A program made the position numbers and the translations under genes. The notes beneath the pieces were generated by a model. That model made no database searches, was not told the origin of the DNA, and saw only the letters and a program-made list of their open reading frames with translations. A stretch of 32,000 bases of DNA from an uncultured cyanobacterium (GTDB lineage: Bacteria > Cyanobacteriota > Cyanobacteriia > Cyanobacteriales > Microcystaceae): positions 1 to 32,000 of the forward strand of contig CAWEDJ010000069.1 in NCBI GenBank assembly GCA_963807635.1, written 5' to 3'. Positions 19,350 to 27,798 of this stretch are shown here, one piece after another. Numbering within the stretch: position 1 is the first letter of the stretch; every line of letters begins with the position of its first letter.

Positions 19350-19856
19350 ATGGCAAGTAAAAACGTTATTTTTAGTCATATTATTCTAGCAATTTTAATC
19401 TTGATGACATCAGGAAAGGGTGCGTTTTCGATGTCGTCGGATCATTCCATGACAAATCCCCAGTTTCGTCCCGTTGAGCAACCCTTCGCCCTGAAAGCGA
19501 TCGTCACCTTGGGAGGATTGGGTTTAATCGGCTTAGAGTTATGGTGGTTTTTATTCAGTCAACCGAAGGCTCAAAAAACGGAATCCCAGCAAGGAATTCA
19601 ATCCTTAAATATCACCGTTGATGGGGGTTATGAGCCATCGCATCTTGTTGTTCAATCGGGACAATTGGTTCGCCTAAATTTTTTGCGGAAAGATCCGAAT
19701 AGTTGTTTAGAAAAAGTTCTCTTTCCTGATTTTCAGATTGCTCAGGATTTACCGCTTAATCAATCTGTCAAAATTGAGTTTACGCCCAAGGTTCCTGGGA
19801 AATATTCTTTTACCTGTGGGATGAATATGTTTCGGGGTGAAATAGAGGTTCAATAA
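19350..19856 (+). CDS. Membrane-anchored cupredoxin-like domain protein
   Basis: AAGGAG at 19337-19342 lies 7 nt before ATG 19350. The product has a hydrophobic anchor (AIVTLGGLGLIGLELWWFLF) and a C-terminal beta-rich domain ending PGKYSFTCGMNMFRGEIEV (Cys/Met-rich, cupredoxin_1-like). It starts 11 nt after the ATPase stop. Confidence 0.6.
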   Translation: MASKNVIFSHIILAILILMTSGKGAFSMSSDHSMTNPQFRPVEQPFALKAIVTLGGLGLIGLELWWFLFSQPKAQKTESQQGIQSLNITVDGGYEPSHLVVQSGQLVRLNFLRKDPNSCLEKVLFPDFQIAQDLPLNQSVKIEFTPKVPGKYSFTCGMNMFRGEIEVQ

Positions 19857-19902
19857 AATTATTTTTAAGCGCGATCGCTGCTGAAATCAGTCACAACTAT
19901 TT

Positions 19903-21141
19903 TTAGCCAATAACGCCGTCCCATACGGCCGCTTCTGTATAACAAGATGAACAAACAGAAACCCCTAAATAGCGTTCTCGAATTCTTTGCCAAATCAAAT
20001 TTTTTGCCCCACCTCCTGCCGTATAAACCTGGGTTAAAGGAGTCGCCCCCAAAGCTTGCAATTTCTGATAACCCAAGGCTTCAATGCGGGCAATTCCCTC
20101 TAATAAACCCTGTAAAAAATCCATAGGATTCTCAGGACGAGGCTCTAATTGGGGTAATAAATGGGGATCATTAATGGGAAAGCAATCGCCTGGTGTGAGA
20201 AGAGGATAATAATTTAATTGACTAACAGATTGGGGATTAATTTGTGCGCTATATTGAATTAATTCTCCCTCAGTAAAAAAGTGTTTTAAAACATTTCCCC
20301 CTGTATTAGAAGCCCCTCCCGTTAACCATAGGTTACCCAAACGATGGCTATAAACTCCTGAAGCTAAATCTTCAATGGGCGTTGTACTCAATAACTTTAA
20401 AACTAAGGTTGACCCCAAAGAAGTCACCGCTTCCCCAGGTTCTTTTGCCTTACTCGCTAAAAAGGCCGCAATACTATCCGTTGTTCCCGTACAGATTAGA
20501 CAATCAGGGTTTAAATTGAATTGTTGCGCGATCGCCGTTTCAATTTTTCTAACAACAGTACCAGGAGCCAAAACTTGAGGTAATAAATCAAAAAAACTCT
20601 GATTCGTTAACCAACTAGGATATTTTAAATTAACAACATCATAACCCAGTTTTAAAGCATTATGATAATCACTGATGCCCAACTTTCCGTGTAACAAAAA
20701 AGCTAACCAATCCGCTTGATGTAAAAAATAAACCGCTTGCTTAAAATAGGATTGCTCAGACCACCAAATTAATTTGGCTAGACTAGAACTCGCACTTAAC
20801 GTCAAATGATTCGGCGGAACAAATTGACTTAACTTTGTTTGAATACTTTTTCCTCTTCCATCATGATATAAAATAGGCTCAGTGATAGGATTCCCCCGAT
20901 TATCACAGAGTAATACCGTTGAAGAAGTTCCGTTAATCGCGATCGCCTGAATTGATCGGATCAGATCCTGGGGAATATTAGCGAACAGTTCAAATAAAGA
21001 TTGTTTCCAGATTTCAATGCAATTTGACGAAAAAGATTCAGAAAAATTTATCGCAGTTTCTAAGTGAATATTTTCCTCTAAATCAATCACAACAGCACGG
21101 CAACCTGATGTTCCAAAATCAATTCCTAAAAATGTTTTCAT
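19903..21141 (-). CDS. FGGY-family carbohydrate kinase
   Basis: The N-terminus LGIDFGTSGCRAVVID is the ASKHA phosphate-1 motif. The product is 412 aa, with C-terminal TAGGGAKN. Confidence 0.75.
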   Translation of the reverse strand: MKTFLGIDFGTSGCRAVVIDLEENIHLETAINFSESFSSNCIEIWKQSLFELFANIPQDLIRSIQAIAINGTSSTVLLCDNRGNPITEPILYHDGRGKSIQTKLSQFVPPNHLTLSASSSLAKLIWWSEQSYFKQAVYFLHQADWLAFLLHGKLGISDYHNALKLGYDVVNLKYPSWLTNQSFFDLLPQVLAPGTVVRKIETAIAQQFNLNPDCLICTGTTDSIAAFLASKAKEPGEAVTSLGSTLVLKLLSTTPIEDLASGVYSHRLGNLWLTGGASNTGGNVLKHFFTEGELIQYSAQINPQSVSQLNYYPLLTPGDCFPINDPHLLPQLEPRPENPMDFLQGLLEGIARIEALGYQKLQALGATPLTQVYTAGGGAKNLIWQRIRERYLGVSVCSSCYTEAAVWDGVIG

Positions 21142-21334
21142 TACTTTACGTTAGTGATTACTTGAAGATAGATCTAAAGGGGAAACGAAACCAATGTAAC
21201 TCAACTAAATGCGATCGCGAAGCAGCACTACGTGATCGCGTCAGAATCAAATTTTCCTGTACTGCCCTCAAAGGATATAATGAAATCTTAAATTTTCGGT
21301 CACATCGCCTACACTCATCAAAAGGAAACAGGGA

Positions 21335-22258
21335 ATGGAGATTCAAAGCCTCAAGGGAAGAGATATTCTTGCGATCGCAGATTTTAGTGTGGAAGAACTT
21401 CAGGCGGTTCTTAAGCTTGCGTCCCAACTCAAAAGCGGAGAAAAAAAGCCGCAATGTCAGAAAATACTAGGATTATTATTCTATAAAGCCTCCACTCGCA
21501 CCCGTGTTTCCTTTAGTGCGGCCATGTACCAATTGGGCGGTCAAGTCTTAGACCTCAATCCCAGCGTCACTCAGGTGGGCAGAGGAGAACCCATTACCGA
21601 TACAGCGCGAGTATTAGACCGTTATTTAGATATTTTGGCCGTTCGTACCTTTAAACAAGATGATTTGCAGACCTTTGCCGATTATGCCCAAATTCCCATT
21701 ATTAATGCCCTGAGCGATTTAGAACATCCCTGTCAGATTTTAGCCGATTTACAAACTATTCACGAGAATTTTCAACAACTTTCGGGGATTACCATTACCT
21801 ATCTCGGAGACGGCAATAATGTGGCCCATTCCTTAATCTTAGGAGGCGCGATGATGGGCATGAAGGTTCGAGTGGCAACCCCCAAAGATTATCAGCCCGA
21901 TCCTGCGATTATTGCCCAAGCTCAGGCGATCGCCGCCGAAGGAGCCGAAATTATCCTCACCGATAATCCCATTGAAGCGGTGGAAGGTTCCCAGGTTCTC
22001 TATACCGATGTTTGGGCCAGTATGGGACAAGAAGACTTAGCCGATGCCCGTATTCCCATTTTTCAACCCTATCAGGTTAATGAAAAGCTGTTGAGTCACG
22101 CCGATCCCGATGCCATTGTTCTTCATTGTTTGCCCGCCCATCGAGGGGAAGAGATAACCAATGAAGCGATCGAGGGGAAACATTCACGAGTTTGGGATCA
22201 GGCAGAAAATCGGATGCACGCCCAAAAAGCGTTATTAGTCAGTCTTTTAGGGCTTTAA
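21335..22258 (+). CDS. argF: Ornithine carbamoyltransferase
   Basis: Carbamoyl-phosphate motif STRTRVSF, plus HPCQ.LAD and HCLPAHRGEE; 307 aa. Confidence 0.9.
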   Translation: MEIQSLKGRDILAIADFSVEELQAVLKLASQLKSGEKKPQCQKILGLLFYKASTRTRVSFSAAMYQLGGQVLDLNPSVTQVGRGEPITDTARVLDRYLDILAVRTFKQDDLQTFADYAQIPIINALSDLEHPCQILADLQTIHENFQQLSGITITYLGDGNNVAHSLILGGAMMGMKVRVATPKDYQPDPAIIAQAQAIAAEGAEIILTDNPIEAVEGSQVLYTDVWASMGQEDLADARIPIFQPYQVNEKLLSHADPDAIVLHCLPAHRGEEITNEAIEGKHSRVWDQAENRMHAQKALLVSLLGL

Positions 22259-22264
22259 TCAGAA

Positions 22265-22762
22265 ATGATGGATGGGAACACCTCCCTAGATGCGATCGCC
22301 TATCAACAGCATTGTCACTGGATGAAACGGGCCTTGGCTCTGGCTGAAGTGGCAGGGGAGTCGGGAGAGGTTCCCGTTGGGGCGGTCATTGTCGATCGCA
22401 ACGGTCAAATGATTGCAGAAAGCAGTAATCGCAAGGAACTGTCAAATGATCCCACAGCCCATGCGGAAGTTTTGGCCATTCGAGCCGCTAGTCAATCCTT
22501 AAATAACTGGCATCTAGGCGATTTAACCCTCTATGTCACCCTCGAACCCTGCATTATGTGTACGGGAGCAATGATTCAATCACGCTTAGGTTTATTGGTT
22601 TATGGAGTGGATGATCCCAAAAGTGGAACGATTCGCACGGTTTTTAATTTGCCCGATAGTCCCGCTTCTAATCATCGTTTAAAGGTCATTTCGGGGATTT
22701 TAGAAAAGCCTTGTCGAGAACAATTACAGGCTTGGTTTATGAAGAAAAGAAGGGAAAAATAG
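22265..22762 (+). CDS. tadA: tRNA adenosine(34) deaminase
   Basis: CDA zinc motifs HAEVLAIR and PCIMCTGA; 165 aa. Confidence 0.85.
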   Translation: MMDGNTSLDAIAYQQHCHWMKRALALAEVAGESGEVPVGAVIVDRNGQMIAESSNRKELSNDPTAHAEVLAIRAASQSLNNWHLGDLTLYVTLEPCIMCTGAMIQSRLGLLVYGVDDPKSGTIRTVFNLPDSPASNHRLKVISGILEKPCREQLQAWFMKKRREK

Positions 22763-22864
22763 TGATTTTATGGGTTTTGATTTACAGGCGATCGCCTCTT
22801 GTTTTTCAAGACGATTTTTTTGATTAAACTTATTTTATATTTTGTTAATTTAACTGAGAGAATT

Positions 22865-23212
22865 ATGGTTATGGAGGGGGAATTAAGACAAATTCAACGC
22901 TATGTTACCGCAGAAGGTAAGATTCCATTCAGTGATTGGTTTAATAATCTTAAAGATATTCAGGCTAAATTAAAAATTACTAAGAGAATAGCAAGAGTTG
23001 AGTTGGGAAACTTGGGAGATTGTAAATCTGTAGGAGATGGTATCTTTGAGTTGAGAATAAATTATGGGCCAGGCTATAGAATTTATTTTGGTCAAATCGA
23101 TTTAGTCATTATTTTGTTATTATGTGGAGGGGATAAACAAACCCAGGCACAAGATATTCAAAAAGCAAAGAGTTATTGGCAAGATTATAAACGGAGTAAC
23201 AACCATGCCTAA
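22865..23212 (+). CDS. RelE/ParE-superfamily 'addiction module killer' toxin
   Basis: IQRYVTAEGKIPFSDWF..L.D..AK.KI..RI.RVELGNLGD.KSVGDGIFELRI.YGPGYRIYF matches the HigB-like killer family. The start is set at ATG 22865, because the ORF-track start at 22799 is a TTG with a hydrophobic junk leader. Confidence 0.7.
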   Translation: MVMEGELRQIQRYVTAEGKIPFSDWFNNLKDIQAKLKITKRIARVELGNLGDCKSVGDGIFELRINYGPGYRIYFGQIDLVIILLLCGGDKQTQAQDIQKAKSYWQDYKRSNNHA

Positions 23213-23570
23213 GAGTCTCAGTTATCATAGTCACTTAATGGAATTTTTAGCTGATCCTCAAGTGGCGGCTGCTTATCTAGAGGATATTCTACAAGATAAT
23301 GAAGGTGAACCTCGTTTATTGGCTCTAGCGTTAAATCAGGTAGCAGACGCATTAGGATCATCTCAATTATCAGCCGCAGAACTTGAGAAACAAAAGCAAA
23401 AAATTGATCAACTGCTCCAAGGCAACGGAAGTGAGGTTATCTATAACTTAGAAGAATGGTTAGGAATTTTAGGGTTAAAATTATCAGTTAAAACGATAGA
23501 AAAAGAAAATCAAGAAAAACTATTGAAAATTGGGCATGATTCTTCTATAGCTAGTCTGATTTATTCGTGA
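23205..23570 (+). CDS. Addiction module antidote protein (cognate antitoxin)
   Basis: ATG 23205 (MPKSLSYHSHLMEFLADPQVAAAYLEDIL...) overlaps the toxin stop by 8 nt. The N-terminus resembles the antidote family that pairs with killer toxins. Confidence 0.65.
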   Translation: MPKSLSYHSHLMEFLADPQVAAAYLEDILQDNEGEPRLLALALNQVADALGSSQLSAAELEKQKQKIDQLLQGNGSEVIYNLEEWLGILGLKLSVKTIEKENQEKLLKIGHDSSIASLIYS

Positions 23571-23604
23571 TATTTTTTAGTATGCGTTCTTTTCACGGGA
23601 AAAA

Positions 23605-23769
23605 TTTCAATTATTTGCCATCGGCTAGTTTAAGACTATGGCAAGAGTTTAAACCCGCAAAAAATCAACTTACAGGCTTGGTTTATCAAAAAAGAAGGGA
23701 AAAATAACGATTTTATTTTTTGGGTTTACAGGCGATCGCATCTTGACTTTCACCATTTTTGTGATTAAA
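23605..23769 (+). repeat. Degenerate duplicate of the tadA 3' end and downstream spacer
   Basis: 23669-23769 (ttacaggcttggtttatcaaaaaagaagggaaaaataa...acaggcgatcgcatcttg...gtgattaaa) aligns by eye with 22724-22828 at the real tadA end. It still reads ...LTGLVYQKRREK*, compared with ...LQAWFMKKRREK* in tadA. Confidence 0.65.
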
Positions 23770-25011
23770 TTAGTCGCTGGAAGGTAACAAAATTGGTGTG
23801 TAGGCGATCGCGTCTAATTGGGGCGATCGTTGAACAAAATCTTCATCGTCAAGGCGTTCTAAATAGGGAACAATTTCGGAATAACTTTTAACGCCGAGTA
23901 ATTCTAGTTCTTCTATCGTGATAGTTTCATCGGATAAAGAACCTCGTTTTTGTAGTAGTTGAAAAATGCGGTTTTCCATCACTTTTTCTGCTAGGAGTAG
24001 TTTGCGGTCTTTTTCTATGGTTTTAAATCCTTGTTGCAAAACTTCTGGGGTAATACGAGTTGCTCCTAAGTTAGCGGCAGTAGAGAGAACGGCATTACCT
24101 AAACGATTAAAAAAGCGGGGTTTACCAAGGGAAACACGACAGAATTCTTCGGCTGTTTCTTTTGAAAAAGGTAAAACAGAACAAGGGTCATTCACGTCAT
24201 CGCAATTATTATTAATTCGCGCACTATTAAGGTAATTAATCAGCATTTTGTAGGTGGTAGGCTGATCGAGTTCTTCTAATTTAAGTTGTAGATCAAATAA
24301 TCCCCTTTCACTGGTCAATAAATCCCCTGTTATTCCCAAAGGATGACCTGTGAGCATAAACCAGGCTTTTCCCTTTAAGATTCCCTGGGCATCGTGCATT
24401 AATTCTCGGACTCTTCTGGGGTTTTGTTTATCGAGATCATCAATGGCAATGAGGACACCATCAGGATATTTTTCGAGGGCGCGGTCTAATAAAATTTCTA
24501 GGCTAACGGTGGGATATTGGGCTTTGGTTGCAGAGACATCTTTTTCACTAAATTTGCCTACAAAAACCGCATTTGTTCCTGCTTCGGAGGTGCGTTCTTT
24601 TATCTCTTTTGCGGTTGGGATTCCCATTTGATGAAGTTGTCGTTGCGCCCAGTCATCATCAGGCAGGGCTTTCGCTAAGGCAATTAGGGCAGTCGTAGCC
24701 AGATCGAGTTCGGAAGGTAGAGAAATATAGGTTGTCAGCATTTTGGGGCGTTTACGAGTCAATACTGACAAAATTTCTAATAAAAAAGCAGTTTTGCCAA
24801 TCCCAATCCGTCCATAAATTAAAATGCGGCGACGTTCTCGGTTTTGAAAGAGATTAAAAACTTGACGGAGTTCCTTTTCTCGACCTGTAAATATACGATC
24901 TAGGGTTTTATTTTGGAGATCAGTCGGGCTTTCTGTGAAGGGAATTTCTCTGAGTCCTAAGTTGTGAATATTGTTAACGGATTGCTCGAAAATATCATCT
25001 GCTGTTGTCAT
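23770..25011 (-). CDS. P-loop ATPase (ORC/Cdc6-like or AAA_16-like) with C-terminal winged-helix-like domain
   Basis: FTGREKELRQV lies upstream of Walker A YGRIGIGKTAF, with Walker B VLIAIDDLD. The C-terminal segment IFQLLQKRGSLSDETITIEELELLGVKSYSEIVPYLERL looks wHTH-like. The start ATG overlaps the upstream gene's stop as ATGA (25008-25011). Confidence 0.7.
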   Translation of the reverse strand: MTTADDIFEQSVNNIHNLGLREIPFTESPTDLQNKTLDRIFTGREKELRQVFNLFQNRERRRILIYGRIGIGKTAFLLEILSVLTRKRPKMLTTYISLPSELDLATTALIALAKALPDDDWAQRQLHQMGIPTAKEIKERTSEAGTNAVFVGKFSEKDVSATKAQYPTVSLEILLDRALEKYPDGVLIAIDDLDKQNPRRVRELMHDAQGILKGKAWFMLTGHPLGITGDLLTSERGLFDLQLKLEELDQPTTYKMLINYLNSARINNNCDDVNDPCSVLPFSKETAEEFCRVSLGKPRFFNRLGNAVLSTAANLGATRITPEVLQQGFKTIEKDRKLLLAEKVMENRIFQLLQKRGSLSDETITIEELELLGVKSYSEIVPYLERLDDEDFVQRSPQLDAIAYTPILLPSSD

Positions 25012-26666
25012 GCTAAGACCTCACTTTTTACCTGTTCCAAGACTTGCTGAACCGATTGATAAGTATTATCCACTTTTTCGGCGGCTTCGGTTTTACCTAA
25101 TTGTTGATAAATTTCACGGGCTTGGGCTAACTCGGACATTCCTTTTTCCAGATGACCTTGGGAAACGAACACATTCCCTAAACTTTCCCGACTTTTGGCA
25201 ATGCCAGGTAAATCCTGAAGATGTTCATACAGTCGCAGGGCATCCCGATAATAGAGACGAGCATTTTCTTGATCGCTGAGGAGTTCGTAGGCATAGCCTG
25301 TTTGATAGAGAGCGTTGGCATAAACTAGGGAATTATCCCCTGTTTTGAGTTGATTAAGGCTATTAATCAAAAGTTTCAATCCTTCTTGCCAGTTGCCATC
25401 ACGGACTAAACGACTGCCTAAAATGGCTTGGGTGGCGGGGATGGCTTGCCAATATTGTTGGCGATTGTAGTGTTCGGGACTGAGATAATTTAGGGCAATT
25501 TGATAAGCGGCGAGGGATTGTTGCAGATCTTCAGGATTTTTGCTGGTTTCATAACGACGAGCTAGGGCATTACCTAAATAATATTGATTATTAATAAAGT
25601 AAGAAGTACCAGGAGCAGAAACGGTTAAAGATTGGCGATATAATTCAATGGCTTGGTCTAAATCTTGAGCATTATTATTTAAAGATGATCTTACTGTTAA
25701 AGCTCCTGCTAAATTGCCTTGAGTCCATGCCCAATCCTGGGGAAAAGCTGTAAAAGTTCTGACCTTAAGAGCTTCTTGATAACAAGCGATCGCGGTTTCT
25801 AAATTGTCAGCCCGTTCTCCTCTGATTCTGTTACGGTAAGCAATTCCCAGATTCATTTGAGTCGTTGCCCAATAGAAAGGAAAAGCAGTAAAAGTACAAA
25901 CCTTAAGAGCTTCTTGATAACAAGCGATCGCGGTTTCTAAATTGTCAGCCCGTTCTCCTCTGATTCTGTTACGGTAAGCAATTCCCAGATTCATTTGAGT
26001 CATTGCCCAATCTTTAGGAAAAGCAGTAAAAGTATAAATCTCAAGAGCATCTTGATAACAAGCGATCGCAGTTTCTAAATTGTCAGCCCGTTCCCCTTTT
26101 ATTCTTTGAGCATAAGTATTTCCCAGATTCATTTGAGTCATTGCCCAATCTTCAGGGAAAGTGGTAAAAGTATAAACTTTAAGGGCCTCTTGATAACAAG
26201 CGATCGCAGCCTCTAAATTGTCAGCCCGTTCCCCTCTTATTCTTGCCCAGTAAGCAATGCCTAAACTACTTTTTAACTTTGCCCAATCTTGCAGATAATC
26301 CTGAAAAATAAACACCGTTAAAGCCAGTTCACAACTTTTAATAGCTAACTCTTGATTAATGGCAATAGACCCTAAAGGAAATTCCTTGATATAAATATTA
26401 AAACTAAAAAGATTACCCGCAAACCAATAAGCACTTTTTCCCGTCAGAGATGATAATTTTGCTTGAGCATATTGTTCCAGAATTGTTAATAAATTCTCAT
26501 TTTTCAAACCCTCCAGATTTGCCTTCCAATACTCATAAATCGCTTCACGACTTTCCCACTCCGCAATCATCTCCAAACTCTTCACCAGTATCTCATTCTC
26601 CCCTCTTATCAAGGGGGGCTGGGGGGGATCAAAACCTTCAACAGTCATCAAAATTTTCCTCCTCAA
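25008..26666 (-). CDS. TPR protein resembling the TPR arm of cyanobacterial TPR-CHAT proteins, with no CHAT domain
   Basis: Four 46-aa units RI.GERADNLE.AIACYQ.AL..YTFT.FP.DWA.TQMNLG.AY, plus further TPRs to the C-terminus. The first ~32 codons run through a dispersed G/C-tract repeat and overlap the HicB ORF, so ATG 26570 (MIAEWESREAIYEYW) is a likelier start. Confidence 0.8.
   Translation of the reverse strand: MRRKILMTVEGFDPPQPPLIRGENEILVKSLEMIAEWESREAIYEYWKANLEGLKNENLLTILEQYAQAKLSSLTGKSAYWFAGNLFSFNIYIKEFPLGSIAINQELAIKSCELALTVFIFQDYLQDWAKLKSSLGIAYWARIRGERADNLEAAIACYQEALKVYTFTTFPEDWAMTQMNLGNTYAQRIKGERADNLETAIACYQDALEIYTFTAFPKDWAMTQMNLGIAYRNRIRGERADNLETAIACYQEALKVCTFTAFPFYWATTQMNLGIAYRNRIRGERADNLETAIACYQEALKVRTFTAFPQDWAWTQGNLAGALTVRSSLNNNAQDLDQAIELYRQSLTVSAPGTSYFINNQYYLGNALARRYETSKNPEDLQQSLAAYQIALNYLSPEHYNRQQYWQAIPATQAILGSRLVRDGNWQEGLKLLINSLNQLKTGDNSLVYANALYQTGYAYELLSDQENARLYYRDALRLYEHLQDLPGIAKSRESLGNVFVSQGHLEKGMSELAQAREIYQQLGKTEAAEKVDNTYQSVQQVLEQVKSEVLA
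25692..26243. repeat. Four tandem 138-bp coding repeats inside the TPR gene
   Basis: The block gcgatcgcggtttctaaattgtcagcccgttctcctctgattctgttacggtaagcaattcccagattcatttgagtc recurs with a 138-nt period. Confidence 0.8.
26600..26636. repeat. Short dispersed G/C-tract element, copy A
   Basis: CCCCTCTTATCAAGGGGGGCTGGGGGGGATCAAAAC closely resembles CCCCCCTTATCAAGGGTTAGGGGGGATCAAAAC at 29007-29039. It contains the small palindrome CCCTTATCAAGGG. Confidence 0.55.
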
Positions 26667-26862
26667 TTTTTGGTCGCAAACCCACCATAATTTTTAATTC
26701 ATTCAAAACTTCTAAATAGGATTGAATAGCATCCTGAATATTAGCAACGGCCTCTTCTCTCGTTTCACCCTGGGAAGCGCAACCTGGCAGACTAGGACAC
26801 CAAACCGCATAGCCTTCTTCACTTTTTTTAAGTTTAATTTGATATTGCATATTATTACCCAA
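26638..26862 (-). CDS. HicB/UPF0150-family antitoxin-like protein with no HicA partner
   Basis: YQIKLKKSEEGYAVWCPSLPGCASQGETREEAVANIQDAIQSYLE is the canonical HicB N-terminal fold signature. No HicA-like ORF is present on either side. Confidence 0.65.
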   Translation of the reverse strand: MGNNMQYQIKLKKSEEGYAVWCPSLPGCASQGETREEAVANIQDAIQSYLEVLNELKIMVGLRPKIEEENFDDC

Positions 26863-27196
26863 ATAGCCTACCTATTTTGTATTAAAGCAAAAATTTAAAC
26901 TTTTAGCAGAATCAATAAAACGCGATCGCGAATTATTTTATTTTAAAACGGGAAATCTTCTATTTTCTGTAATTGAATATAGGTTTTAGGAGTTGAATTG
27001 GCGATCGCAGAATACAAATATATTTTCAATTATTTGACTGAGCTTACTTTACAATTAACCCTTTTGCAAAGAATTTATCCCACTAATCCAGAAGGCGATC
27101 GCCAATTTTGGCTATAAATTTTGAAATCACTATTTATCCATTGCCTGTTATTTTAATCATCAAGCTTGGTAAATAACGTAGTATATCAACGCTTAA

Positions 27197-27631
27197 TTAC
27201 TCCCTCCAGGAAGTTTTTTGTAAAATCTGATTGATTTGTTGGGGGAAAGGACAATCATCAGGAAAAGAAAAAGATTGATAATCCCGATTCTCTCTTAAGC
27301 TTTTGATGGCTTTAGCATAACAATCGAGAAAAATTTCTTCCCAATAGTGTTTAAGGCTGGGGGAATCTTCCAATAAATCCTGAAGTTCTCGCTGGCTACG
27401 ACGAATTGTTTCTGTCCAACCTCGATAGTCCTGAGCATAGGTAGAGTAACAAAGTTTGAGACAATGTTCTAGCATGGTAGTCAGTCGATTGCGGAGTTCT
27501 CGTCTTTGACTTCTGCCCAAGCTTTCAATTTCCTCAATTAAGTTTTCCCAGTCAACACTATCATAATTTTGTTTTTTTAATAGATCAATCGTTCCTTCTA
27601 GCCAAAGGAGATAATCGTTTGTTGCAAGCAT
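27197..27631 (-). CDS. DUF29 family protein
   Basis: DYLLWLEGTIDLLKKQNYDSVDWENLIEEIESLGRSQRRELRNRL..MLEHCLKL is the DUF29 signature. The start is set at ATG 27631; the ORF-track start at 27733 adds 34 non-conserved residues. Confidence 0.7.
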   Translation of the reverse strand: MLATNDYLLWLEGTIDLLKKQNYDSVDWENLIEEIESLGRSQRRELRNRLTTMLEHCLKLCYSTYAQDYRGWTETIRRSQRELQDLLEDSPSLKHYWEEIFLDCYAKAIKSLRENRDYQSFSFPDDCPFPQQINQILQKTSWRE

Positions 27632-27798
27632 AGGACTTGAGAGAATTTCTTTTTTTCCTATTCTATCCCCTAAAAACTGGTTTGAAGAAAGCGATCGCAT
27701 CTTTTTAAGTTCAGAAAATATTTTTAAAATCAATCAAATCCATAAAAAAAAGTGGGCCAGATAGCCCGCCCATCATTATCAATTCGGATAAATGAAAT

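Noticed and set aside
21142-21334. Search for NtcA-type GTA-N8-TAC boxes upstream of argF and of the binding-protein gene (30391-30602)
   Set aside because: No exact GTA-N8-TAC motif with a suitably spaced -10 element was seen in either spacer.
21024-21470. ORFs 21024..21470 (+) and 21158..21454 (-) spanning the FGGY-argF intergenic region
   Set aside because: Both overlap the well-supported ends of flanking genes, are Lys/Arg/Ser-rich low-complexity sequence, and have no recognisable motifs. They most likely lie over the divergent promoter region.
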